Shown here: one piece after another, positions 52,831 through 64,000 of the stretch
Position numbering within the stretch: the first letter of the stretch is position 1
Layout of the letters: each line of letters starts with the position of its first letter
Source: Tubulanus polymorphus
Lineage: Eukaryota > Animalia > Nemertea
Direction of reading: 5' to 3'
Length of the DNA: 64,000 nucleotides
Assembly (NCBI RefSeq): GCF_964204645.1
Contig: NC_134027.1
Span: forward strand, 25,506,560-25,570,559
Program-made: the position numbers and the translations under genes
The notes under the pieces: model-generated
What the model was told of the DNA's origin: nothing
The model's database searches: none
Seen by the model: the letters and a program-made list of their open reading frames with translations, nothing else

Positions 52831-53869
52831 CATATGGCTTATATCATCGATGTTTGAATGGAAACAAAATCTTTAAGACACCTGGTAAGTCTTAATTTAC
52901 TTGATTACAGTCAAATTTAGATAATTTGTCTGTTTTTTTTCAGTCGCAATTCATGTATTTCCAATTCAATTTTTATGCTAAGCTTAGTATAAGTCACCTT
53001 TCAGATAAGTTGTCATATCATTGAATTTGTCCCTATTTTTGAGTCCCAATATAATATATATTTCCAGTTCAATTTACTTAGTGTAAGTCATTGCATGGAT
53101 AAGTCATCATACTATTGAAGTTGTCTTTATTTTTGAGTCCTAATTTCTATCTCCCATTCAGTTTACTAAGCATCGATTGTCATTTGGCTAAGTTGTCAAC
53201 ATACTCGTTCCAACTACAAGTCTAGTAGATATAGAACTAATTGTAGAGTGAAATATTAAATTGCGTGGCTGGTTCCGGTGCTGTATAAAATGTTGCACCA
53301 TTTGCGTCCATCCGTCCACTATTTGACACAGTTCGATATGAACCGTTGTTCGCGCTGGTATCATGTGTTGTCCCTCCAACTGTTGAATTGTGTCGTCCGT
53401 TTACGGCTCACAGTTGTCGTTATTCGTTGCTCTGTTGGATATTACCGGCACAGAAGATGGTCGTGTCGAGCGAGATGCTTCCTAATTAATTGCTTCCACC
53501 GTGGTACGTAAATAGAACCGGGCGTTTACGGGTGAATAGCTAAATAGCGCGTTTCAGCTTTATAGATCTCAAGAGCTCGAAACCCCGGAGTTTGAGGGTT
53601 TGGGGGTTAACATTTGACTCGATGAAGTTACAATAACAGTCATACACGCTTAATCAGTTTAATCCAGATTTCATTATAAACCGGATATTTACGGTTCACT
53701 TATACATCAATTAAATGTAATACATCAATTAAATTTAATACATCAATTAAATTTAATACATCAATTAAATTTAATACATAGATTAGATGTATGTAAAATG
53801 TGGAATTCTCATGATGGGAAGAATTTTGATGGTCTGGTTCCGTGGTAATGATTCATTTGACAATAGTTC

Positions 53870-54139
53870 CTGGGGCAGATCTAAGGAGAAGGTGCAGGGG
53901 ATGCAACCCCCTCCCTTAGAATCCCAAGTTCCCCGATATATCAAGGAAAGAGGTGAAATATTGACTACAGAATATCAACCAATGCTTAAAAAGTTTGAAT
54001 TCATAAGCTTATTCTCTGTACTTCGGAAAAATTAGGTAATATGTTTTGTGATAATTGGGTGCCTATTTAGAGTTATATGATATGCCCTATCCCGGGGATG
54101 CACCCCTCCCTGAATCATCAGACCCTAGATCCGCCCCTT
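53870..54139. mobile_element. hAT-like MITE, second copy
   Basis: Reverse complement of the 9106-9359 family; flanked by AGTTC on both sides. Confidence 0.7.
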
Positions 54140-54439
54140 AGTTCTAACTCTTGAGTCAAATTCGAACTCACAACCGTCGTACTGATAGAATGGATGGAAT
54201 ATATCTGCGTATGAGAGAGTATGATATATGAAGTCTGCAGCTGTGTCACATACATCATAATACACTAAACAAAGTCTATCATTCAATATTCGATATAATG
54301 AATCGTTGATACCTGCGTAGATTGCCTGAGCTATTAATCACAGTTTACTGCCGACGTTGCTGATCTAGGGACGTCCTGCAGACTTAGGCATAACTTGTAT
54401 ATACCCCAACCTTTATATAACTCTGCCCTGAGATCAGGT

Positions 54440-55100
54440 TTTATCATTGATACCCAGTCTATAAAACAAGGCCCGGGTTAAGGATTTATCCCTAGGGATA
54501 CCTTTGATATCCAGTATATAAAAAGGTTAAAGAACTTTGCCTATGGGGATGATTTTGTACCCAGTCTATAAAAGGTTGATGAATTATCCCTAGGGATACC
54601 GTTGATATCCATTATATAAAAAGGTTAAAGAATTATGGCTATGGGGATGATTTTGAACCCAGTCTGAAAAAAGGTTGATGAATTATCCCTAGGGATACCT
54701 TTGATATCCAGTATATAAAAAGGTTAAAGAATTATGGCTATGGGGATGATTTTGAACCCAGTCTGTAAAAGGTTGATGAATTATCCCTAGGGATAACTTT
54801 CATACCTGATATAGCACTGATTAAGCATTCATTCATAGGGACAATTTTGATACCCAATGTATCAAAGATTAAGGATTTATTCCTAGGGATAAATTTGATA
54901 CCCAGTCTATAAAAGGTTATGAAATTATCTCTAAGGATACATTTGATACCCAGTCTATAAAACGTTATGAAATTATCCCTAAGGATACATTTGATACCCA
55001 GTCTATAAAACGTTATGAAATTATCCCTAAGGATACATTTGATACCCGGTCTATAAAGAGGTTAATGAATTAACCCTAGGGATAACTTTGATACGCACTC
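54440..55100. repeat. About 47-bp minisatellite array upstream of the first GRAMD4 coding exon
   Basis: gggatacctttgatatccagtatataaaaaggtt.. units, with an alternating two-variant higher-order pattern at 54490-54790. Confidence 0.85.
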
Positions 55101-55171
55101 CATTGATTTTTTTTTATTAAAAAATTGTGATATTTTCAATATTTTCAGGTAACCATGGTGTTTAGTTGATA

Positions 55172-58100
55172 ATGAGTTTGAGAAATGCGTTTAAAGCTAA
55201 ATTCCGCAGCCTCGATCGGGATTTCTCGCGGGACGAACGAGACGCTCCTCACGTCACTAGTAAATCGTTGAGTTTATCCGAAGATGACGGACATCTACCT
55301 GAGGACGGTATCAGCTCCAGTTCCCATGGCGACCAATTCAAGGATTGCATGGAAGAGGTGACTAATTGAAGAAATTGATTTGAAGTTGTTAATTGTGGTG
55401 TTAGTGGGCGGGGTAGGGGGTGTCTGTCGCCAGTTCCATAGTCATTGCACCCAAAAGTGGTCTTAATTCTTTAGATTAGTCTTAAGTTGTCAGTGGTTTT
55501 AAAACAAAATTAGCTTAAACTGGTCTGAAGTTGTTTGATTGGTTATGGAACCAAAATGTACTTAGACTGGTCTTAAGTTGTTAGATTGGTTATAGAACTA
55601 AACTGAGTTGAGACTGGTCTTAAGTTGTTAGAATGGTTATAGAAACAAAATAAGCTTAAACTGGTCTGAAGTTATTAGATTGGTTATAGAAACAAAATAA
55701 GCTTAAACTGGTCTGAAGTTATTAGATTGGTTATAGAACCAAAATGAGCTTAGACTGGTTTTAAGTTGTCAGATTGGTTATAGAACCAGCTTAGACTGGT
55801 CTTAAATCTATGACTACCGTGTAACTGGCTCTAGGGGCTGGTTCCATAGTCTTTAGACCAGTCTAAGACCATTTTAGTTTTGTCAACTTCAGACCAGTCT
55901 TAAAATCTATGGTGACTTTAAGACTTAGGTCTTGACTATGAAACTTACCCTTGGGTTTCAGGTTTGATTTTCGAATTTTTTTGTGACAGCTTTTGATAAA
56001 CGATATAAATTTGACTTGTTCTGTCTGCAGGAAACCACTGACAGCGGTGATGGCTGCGGAGATAAGCCGGATGGGATCAGCTCGTCAAAAATCAGCATCT
56101 CGAATATATCATTGTCTAAAAACATTCACAACAACGACAGCAACTCGGCAGCAGCAGCAGCGGGATCGGGGAAACATCACGAGTTTAAAAACCGCGATGA
56201 AAAAGCGATCTACGAACTTCAGTTAACGCAGCTCCAGGAGCAATTAGTGGCGGCCATGATCGAAAACCAAAATCTCGGTATGTTTTCATAATGCGGTTTT
56301 ACGAAAGAATTCTCTTGCTCCGCGTCCAGTTTCAGGAATAAGTTCAATTCAGATTTTTGGTTTAGTCGCTATTGGTAATTCCATGCTTTCACCGAGGACA
56401 ACGATTCAAAAACCTAAACGGTTTAAGCTCCGACTTTTTCATGAAATAGACCATGTCCCTGGCCTCCCTAAGTTTTTAATGTTGCAGCTTATATTCAGTC
56501 TCAGAAAAGCATTTTTTCTGAAGACAAGATTTTGCCACTTTAGAAATAGAGTAGTCTTCTTCAGTGTTAATTGGTTTTATTTATATCAGTTGAATATCGT
56601 CCTTCGCTTCGAGGCATCATTTATTTCATCGTCTTTTTCCTCTAATCTCATCATCGCTTTTGAATGTGAGTATCGTTTTTCCAGCGTCGGATTTGAAAGC
56701 GTTTCGCGAACAAAACCAAGTGGATAAATTGATGAGGCAACTCGACGTCGAAAGAGAACGGAACCAGAAACTAGTGAAAGAACTTAAACAGAATAGAAAC
56801 AAAAAGTAGATATCTCTCCTCTGTCTGAGGGGGGCGGGTTAATATGGTAACAAGTTCCACAGACCCGAGTTGAGAATGATGGGAATAACTTCGATACCCA
56901 GTCTGTAGAACAAAGGCCATGTGAAGGATTTATCCGTAGGGATAACTTCGATGATACCCCGTCTAAGAAGTCAAGCCCAGGTTAAGGATTTATGTTTACG
57001 GGTAACTTTGATACCAGCCGCTAAAACTGGGCCCAAAATACAACTTTGTAGGGTTAAGGATTATGGATTTATCAAGTTAAGGATTTATACCTTGGAGTAA
57101 CTTCGATGCCAGTCTATAAAACTGGGCCCACATTAAGGATTTAACTTGGATAGAATTTGAAAAAGTTAGCTTTAATGCACTCATTCTATGGAACCAGGCT
57201 TGCTGACTATATTTTTGATGAACGCTTTTGTGATGTTGAATTGTAGGGTTTTAGATTCCCCGACGAAGTTGTTCATGTCTAAACAGAAGCTAGCTGACAG
57301 CACTGATAGCTGGGTCGACGTGGCCGATGAGGCTGAGACTTTCTTCTTACCGACACACGATGCAGGTATCAATCAATATGGGGTTTATAAACAACACGTC
57401 AAAAATAGTCTGCACAAATAATTGTGTAAAATCAGTATCAAAGTCATGAAAATGTGTGACAAGTTCTATGAAAAAAATGTCTGTTGAAATACTGTGATCC
57501 CCTTTTATTCCAAAGCTCTGAATTTATGTACAAGCTGTGGTGTAGTTTGAGAAATTTTAATTTAATCCGTCCAGATTGTAACCCACCAGTATCTGCTTAC
57601 GTTAAATTGTGAAAAAATTTGAAAATTCCTGAGTTTATAAATCTGACACCTGGCATGGGTGAAAATGCAACAGCTGCCGGGATATTTTCCCTATTTATTT
57701 CTGCATTGTATTTCAAAGTGCTGTAGAAAACATGAAGAACGAGCGTACCACAATTTTTTTTTTTTTAAATATAATATTAGTTTATTGGCATCATAAGAAA
57801 AAGATTTTACAAAACATTATCACGCCATGAACGGCATTTTGGGCAAGACCACAATTTCTGAGAGCCTCTGTTAAGCATCCCTACTCGCGGCAGAGAACTG
57901 AGTTTTATCGAAAGCCGTACGTTTGATTTCACGTTTAATTCAGGTCCTAAAACAGTGCGAACACGTTTTACCGAATGGTGCGTCAGTTTATTCTACGAGA
58001 TTTGGGAAGATGTAATCGCTGAGCCGGAACAGGAACAGCAGGACGACGCTGAACCCGATCAATTAACCGTCAAAAAGTAACTCATCGCTTCGAAGTTTGA

Positions 58101-61100
58101 ATCAAAAGATGGAATTAGTTCATAGTCATCGATTGTTTAATTCTGGGCCCAGTTTCGCAGTTGTGAGTTTAAAGTCAACTCTGAGTTAGAATTAGTTCAC
58201 TTTCAATGTTTCACCTCTAGATCTTAATTTACAAGTGTTGAACTGGGGCCGGTTGTATAGTCATGACTTAAGACCAGTCTAAGACCAACTTAGTTGTATA
58301 GCCTATCAACAACCGGCCCCTGGGTCCTGGAGTCAAATCTTAGCTCACTTATCAACTCACAACTATGGAATTGTGCTTATATGAACTGTTTTTAACCGGA
58401 GAGTCAAAAGTCTGGCCCAACTTTTAAGTCAATTTCTCAACACATTTTTCTGTCATTTTCAGATTAAAGGAGAATTTAAAGCGTTCGCGTAGGTATCATT
58501 TTGTTTTAATCAGCGGCGCAAGATTTCAGCGTTGAGTTATATTCGGCGATGTGATATTTTCGGTGTTGTATTATTTTCGCTGGTTGTTTATTTTCAGATA
58601 ACGCCAGTAAACCTATAATCAACACGTATAAAGGCATGCAGAATTTATTCTCGTGGAAAACGCCTTCGCTTTCAATTATGGTTCTTTTGGTAAGTTTATT
58701 CTGTCATCGAGATCCAAGCGTTGAACAGAATCTAGAAGCCAGTTGTACATGATGGACTTGAAAATGAACTTACCGGTTACCACCCATTTTCCCTCCAACG
58801 CCTGAGTTGAAGAGTTTTGAAAATGGTTCATGTAATTGACTCTTGAAAATAGCTCATTGAACTGAGTTATGAATTGAGTTATAAAAATGGTTGACAGAAT
58901 TGAGTTCAAAATGGCTCATAGAATTAATTGAAATGTCACTGTTCTCAAGAGTTTTTCTGGCTCTAGTGATTTATAAGATTTGTTGATAATTTGTTTGTTT
59001 AATTATTATTTTCAGTTATATATCTATTCGTTATGGCACGGATGGTTGCTGCCGGTCGTGTTGTTTCTTATCATCTTCAGATTGTTTATCAACTATCTTA
59101 AATACATGTAAGTACGGTATGAATACATGAACGTCGATTCCTCGTTTTGAGAATTTCATCGCAAAATGTTCAACTACCGGTACGCGATTAATTCATCCTC
59201 GCGAACTTTATATCGGGATCTATTTCCACGATGGTTTTCTGAAATTCTTTTCATTACGTATTCAACTTGAAGGCCCATTTTTATGAACCAGTTCCAACTT
59301 TTATTCAAGGGGTTAGTGCAATAGTCATGAGGTCAATTGAGGCAATTAAAACCGGAACATGACTGTCAGTTGGGTGGGACTCATGACTCATAGAATTTGT
59401 TAATTTTGGATGTCTTAACTCTTTTAGTCAGATGGCCTATAACACTGACCCTTGTTTTCTAAATTTAGTTCATTTCTTATTTCATTTTTGCTTTATCTAA
59501 GTTTCATTGCAATAAAAGGTTATGGATTTTACATTCTTGAATTTTTTATTGAACACTGGTACCTATTTTTACCATGTAGTTAGCGGTATACTTTCGGCGG
59601 AGTTAAAATGTTTAGATATCATGGATATTTAGTCAGAAATACCTGATCAATGAACCATTTGATTATCTTGTCTATTTCAACTGGAAACTTGTAACAGGCT
59701 ATTTGGTGTTGGTCTGGTTGGAACTGCAAGACAGTTAGTTCCAGCATGGATGGTATAATAGAAAGGATGTACAATAATGTAATCAATTATACATCCATGG
59801 TTCTAGCCAGTTCCTTTTCAGTTGTGAATAGTTGAGGTCATCTATGGTAGGGTTTGTATACTGATGGCACAGTCTTGATGCAATCAGTTGCAGAGTCCAG
59901 TTGCATAGTTGTGGTTTGGGTCCAAAATTCATCTTGAAATATAATTGGTCTTAAGTTGTTAAAAAGTGTGCTTAGACTGGTCAACTCTAGGACTAAGATA
60001 GTCCAAAACTTCATCGCGCTACTGGCCCCTCACGTGTTAACTGACCGAAGCATGTTTTCAGTATAGAAATTTGATGAAGTTGAATGGTTCATTGATGGAG
60101 TTGAGGGATGTGTTTAAGGTGTAGTTTATTTACAGCGGGTGGAGAGTCAATATACATTACCTAACGACAGAAGATGAGATGGGAGAGAAGGTTTGTACGA
60201 TGTGTCCTCGAAAACCTAACGCGCGTTGAAAAACATTTCATTCTCAGCCCATCGGGTATACGTCCGAAAGTTTAACACATTGGCTGCTGAGTTATCTTGT
60301 TAGTTCCAGTTCAGCCATCATTGTCACTACGAGTTATCACATAGTTCTGGTTCTGCCATCATAACCACAATAAGTTATCTGAAATGAAATATTTTTCATG
60401 TGCGTTAAGGGTTTGTAAACGATGTATACTCTAACGACGTGCTGCTCTGATTTACGCTGTAACTAATTGTGTAGAAATTAATGGTTTTGAATATTACAGT
60501 TGACTCTGATTGCCTCAGACATTGTGGGACCTACAGATTCTCTCCGAGGTTCACAAATTCAGGGACATACGGAGCAGGGATGGGTCGTTATGACGATGAA
60601 TTGGAGTAAGATATTGTAAAATATTGTCCAGTGGGGCACATGATAATATGATAATACGATGCAATTGATTCTGGGGTAATATGGAGTAATTGATTCTGGG
60701 GTAATATGGGGTAAATGGAGTCAACTGTATAACCGATTAGGTCGTTGTGCAATACCCCGAACACCTTGAAGCTTTACATCGAAGCTTTAAACCTTACCCC
60801 GAAATCTATAACGCTTTCACCAAAACTGATAGACTTCTATCCATAAACATTGTTTCTGGGCTCGATTTGTAGCAGAAAATCTGAAGGTCACGGCACCCTA
60901 CAGAAATATTGAATCCGCATTATGAATTTGTCTACGGAGGATGGGATGTATATTTCATCATTTTGAAAACTTAGGGTCATTCGTGATCGTATGATAAACT
61001 GACAAAGATTTCTGAATTCAAGCCCACGCATGTTGAAATGGATTTTTCATGGTTCCCCCTCCTGCTCGTCTTCTAACCCCCGAATGTCTGTCGATCTTGT

Positions 61101-63825
61101 GGATACAATTTAAACGATGTGTTGTGTTTGCAGGGCAAACCAGAATGACCAGCCATACAGCGCGAAGGCTGTAAGTTCTTCTAAATAATTCAAACGGCAT
61201 CGGGCAGATTTTTATTGTAGTTTAATTCCTTCTATTTCGCTGTTTTAATTCGCACCACTTCAAGTATTTATTATATATGTATATATACATATATATATAT
61301 ACACATGAATGCATGGGTGAAAGTCACCGTCAACAAGTTTTTCTACGTTTTTTCTCAAATTCTCTTCAGTTACCCTTCACAACACATTTTGTTCGTTTAT
61401 TCAATTTTGGTCTTAGAAAATTGTTATTTCATATTTTCATTCACTGTATTTTATATGTATATAAAAACGGAATATTTCATAAAAAATGTATCGAAAAGGC
61501 CCCCGGCCCCATATCGGGTAATTCTGGAGTGCTCTGTGGGGTGTGTGTACCTACCGTACAGAGCTATGTTGTTCTGAGTAAGCTTGTCGGCGTGATACGA
61601 AAAATCTTAATTCCTGACAAATTCTTAACAAGAGACATTATAACGGATACATCTGTTCATTTAACAATAATTTGATAATTCAATACAGTAAAGAAATGTT
61701 ATTTGTATTTAAAAATTTGTCAGTTAATTCATAGCAAGGTTACAAGAAACATAGCTCTGTATTCGGTATCGTTTGTCTACATAAAAGCTTAGTTCACACT
61801 GCAAGTCGTGAGTTATGGGTAAAATCTAGAACAATGGAATCTTGGTCCAATTCCAGAGTTGCCAGCGATATGAAGAGTTAACTCTGAATTAAGATTTGTT
61901 CATTTTCAATGATTTACCAGTTACTCAACTCAGAACTGTGGAAAAATAACATCTGGACGAGATCAAAATCGAGTCCAGTTTTAGTGAGGTTTATCAGAAG
62001 TGTGAACCCAGCTTTGAATTCAATGTTTGAATATTGTTTAACATAAATTTGTCTGTGAAAATTTAAAAGCAATTTCAAAAATGACCGAATTAATGAGTAC
62101 AAATTCTGTAATTATGATTCAGGAATCGGATGATAAAGATTTAGGAGTTTCGGATAAGTTCAATCTCGTGCTCCAAGTCGCGATCAAAGCACAAAATACA
62201 CTTGGGTTGCTAGCGGACAACTTAGAAAAATTGAAAAAGTAAGTAGAGCTTGTAGCGGGGGGAGGGGTGTCATGGCGGGGGATTTGGCAGAGTGGTTCAC
62301 AAAACATTTATTACTTCAAATACGATACCGGTTAGAAGAATGCTGGAATAAGAAGATCGGTTTTAAGAGCTGTTTCTGAAAATGATTTCTATATCTTTGA
62401 AACTATTTGATAGAGAAACATTACAATAGTTTTGGACAAACTAACTCTATTGAAATCTATTGATCTATTGCCAGAATTTGACCGACATCGGAGCGGAAAA
62501 GTTATGGTTATTTCCTGAATAAATGACTTGTTGTTTTTCGTTTCAGTTTGTTGACGTGGCAGGATCCGAACGCGACGAAGAAACTGTTTACATTCCTGTG
62601 TTTAGCTTTCATTAGTTCCTGTGTGCTTCCGGGACAGTTACTCGTGCTTATCATGGGTAAGTACACAACTCAACTTTCATCGTTGTAAAACTATGGTTTT
62701 AAATTTTGATATCAATAACCCGACACTAAGATTGAAAATTAAAGTCTGAAATGTTTCCTCGGGCCAGTGGTTTATTCAACATTTCGACTACATCCTAATC
62801 ATTTATAGCAATACTAACTATTAGGATATAGTTAAAACATTGAATAAACTACTAACTCAAAATAGCTTTTGTAACTTTTAATTCTAATGTCCAGGGGGCC
62901 GGTTCCATAGTCAGGGCTTAGACTTAAGACGATTCTAAGACAACTTAGTTCTATAGCCAATCTAACAACTTAAGACCAATCGTAAGATTTATGACCACTT
63001 TTGGTCTTAAGTCTTGACTACGGAACCGGGCCCTGAAGTATTTTTCAACATATTTCTATTTTTTCTCCATCCAACAGGGGTTTATGCTGGTATAAAACTG
63101 TTCGTTATCGACTATATCTATCAACGCTTTCCTAGAATTCGACAAAAACATGACACTGTTTACAAAATGTGGCAAGACTTGCCGACCGACCATCAATTAG
63201 AGAAACAAATGACTCATAACGTCATTGATCGGGTAAGACTTGAATAAATGTCTGGAATAAGAAATAATGTATAATGATAATAATGATAATGATAAAATTT
63301 GTATAGCGCGATAATTCCATGCGAAAATAGCAAAGTTCAAATGCGCGTCTCCAGGGTAACATCAAGGTTGTTGAGTTTTGATCATAGATTTAAATTCATG
63401 AATTCAGTAACAGTAGACGACTGGGCTTGCCTCAGATCTCACTGTACTGATACATTTACTGTTAGTCTCAACGCTATTGATTCTGAACTCTGTGAAATAT
63501 TTACAGCAGTCCCAACACGCTACCGAGTTCCCTGATTCTCAACTCAGTGAAATATTCACAGCAGTCCCAACGCTACCGAGTTCCTTGATTCTAAACTCGG
63601 TGAAATATTTTCAGCAGTCCCAACTCTTATTGTGTCTGATATTATATTCATTGTGAGACCTGTGAGCTAAATTGTCAAAATTTATAATTTTCTTTCAGTC
63701 AATAATCCCACCAAACGCCGACGATATTTATGAATTAAACGACGAATTCACCGGAGACGTTTCCCGCGACGATCGAATATTTCTCGACCTTTTCTCGTTA
63801 CCGATTACGGAAATCCCTCTACCAG
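55172..63825 (+). CDS. GRAMD4: GRAM domain-containing protein 4; 5' part, continues past the right edge
   Basis: Exons 55172-55357, 56031-56277, 56685-56805, 57247-57365, 57944-58076, 58463-58488, 58598-58689, 59016-59107, 60136-60190, 62123-62238, 62547-62656, 63078-63232, 63699-63825. Motifs LKENLKR..KP, YSLWHGWLLP, DLGVSDKFNLVLQVAIKAQNTLGLLADNLEKLKNLLTW and GVYAGIKLFVIDYIYQRFPRIRQKHDT..WQDLPTD match GRAMD4 as I recall it. Confidence 0.9.
55430..55830. repeat. Harbinger-like MITE expanded internally into an about 46-bp minisatellite
   Basis: Ends gccagttccatag.. and ..gtaactggc enclose about 7 units of ttagactggtcttaagttgttagattggttatagaac. Confidence 0.7.
60497..60727. mobile_element. Tc1/mariner-type MITE with TA TSD
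   Basis: TA|CAGTTGACTC...GAGTCAACTG|TA. Confidence 0.75.
61557..61761. mobile_element. MITE with TACAGAGCTATGTT inverted termini
   Basis: tacagagctatgtt ... aacatagctctgta. Confidence 0.55.
63477..63626. repeat. About 55-bp tandem repeat (x3)
   Basis: Unit gattct.aactc.gtgaaatatt.acagcagtcccaac..gctaccgagttcct. Confidence 0.8.
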
Positions 63826-64000
63826 GTTGGTTACCATCTCACCCCAGTTCCACAGTTTTGAGGTAAAGATTCAGAGTTAACTCGCGGAAAATGAACTCAT
63901 TTTAACTCATTGTTTACTTTAACTCACAACTGTGGAACCGGATCTTGTTAAAATTTGAATTTCAGATTTTGAAACTGTCGATCAGTCCGTCTGCTATCTG

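Overview
AT-rich, intron-dense genomic DNA from an invertebrate animal (probably spiralian; this is an inference). Six recognisable spliced genes were reconstructed by hand from splice signals and protein motifs. They are IFT122 (minus strand, runs off the left edge), a KIAA1143 homologue whose exons 2-3 and 3'UTR are tandemly triplicated (about 1.8 kb unit), mitochondrial DNA polymerase gamma POLG (22 exons), an anchor-less cytochrome b5, MPPE1/PGAP5 (minus strand), and GRAMD4 (runs off the right edge). Introns contain many MITEs (Harbinger-, piggyBac-, Tc1- and hAT-like) and MITE-derived minisatellites. The most striking hidden signal is a set of minimal type I hammerhead ribozyme motifs (Penelope-like element/retrozyme type) in three sequence families. 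One cluster fills a U12-type (minor spliceosome) intron of IFT122, with two tandem copies in the sense orientation of the pre-mRNA. All calls were made by eye; no searches or folding programs were run.
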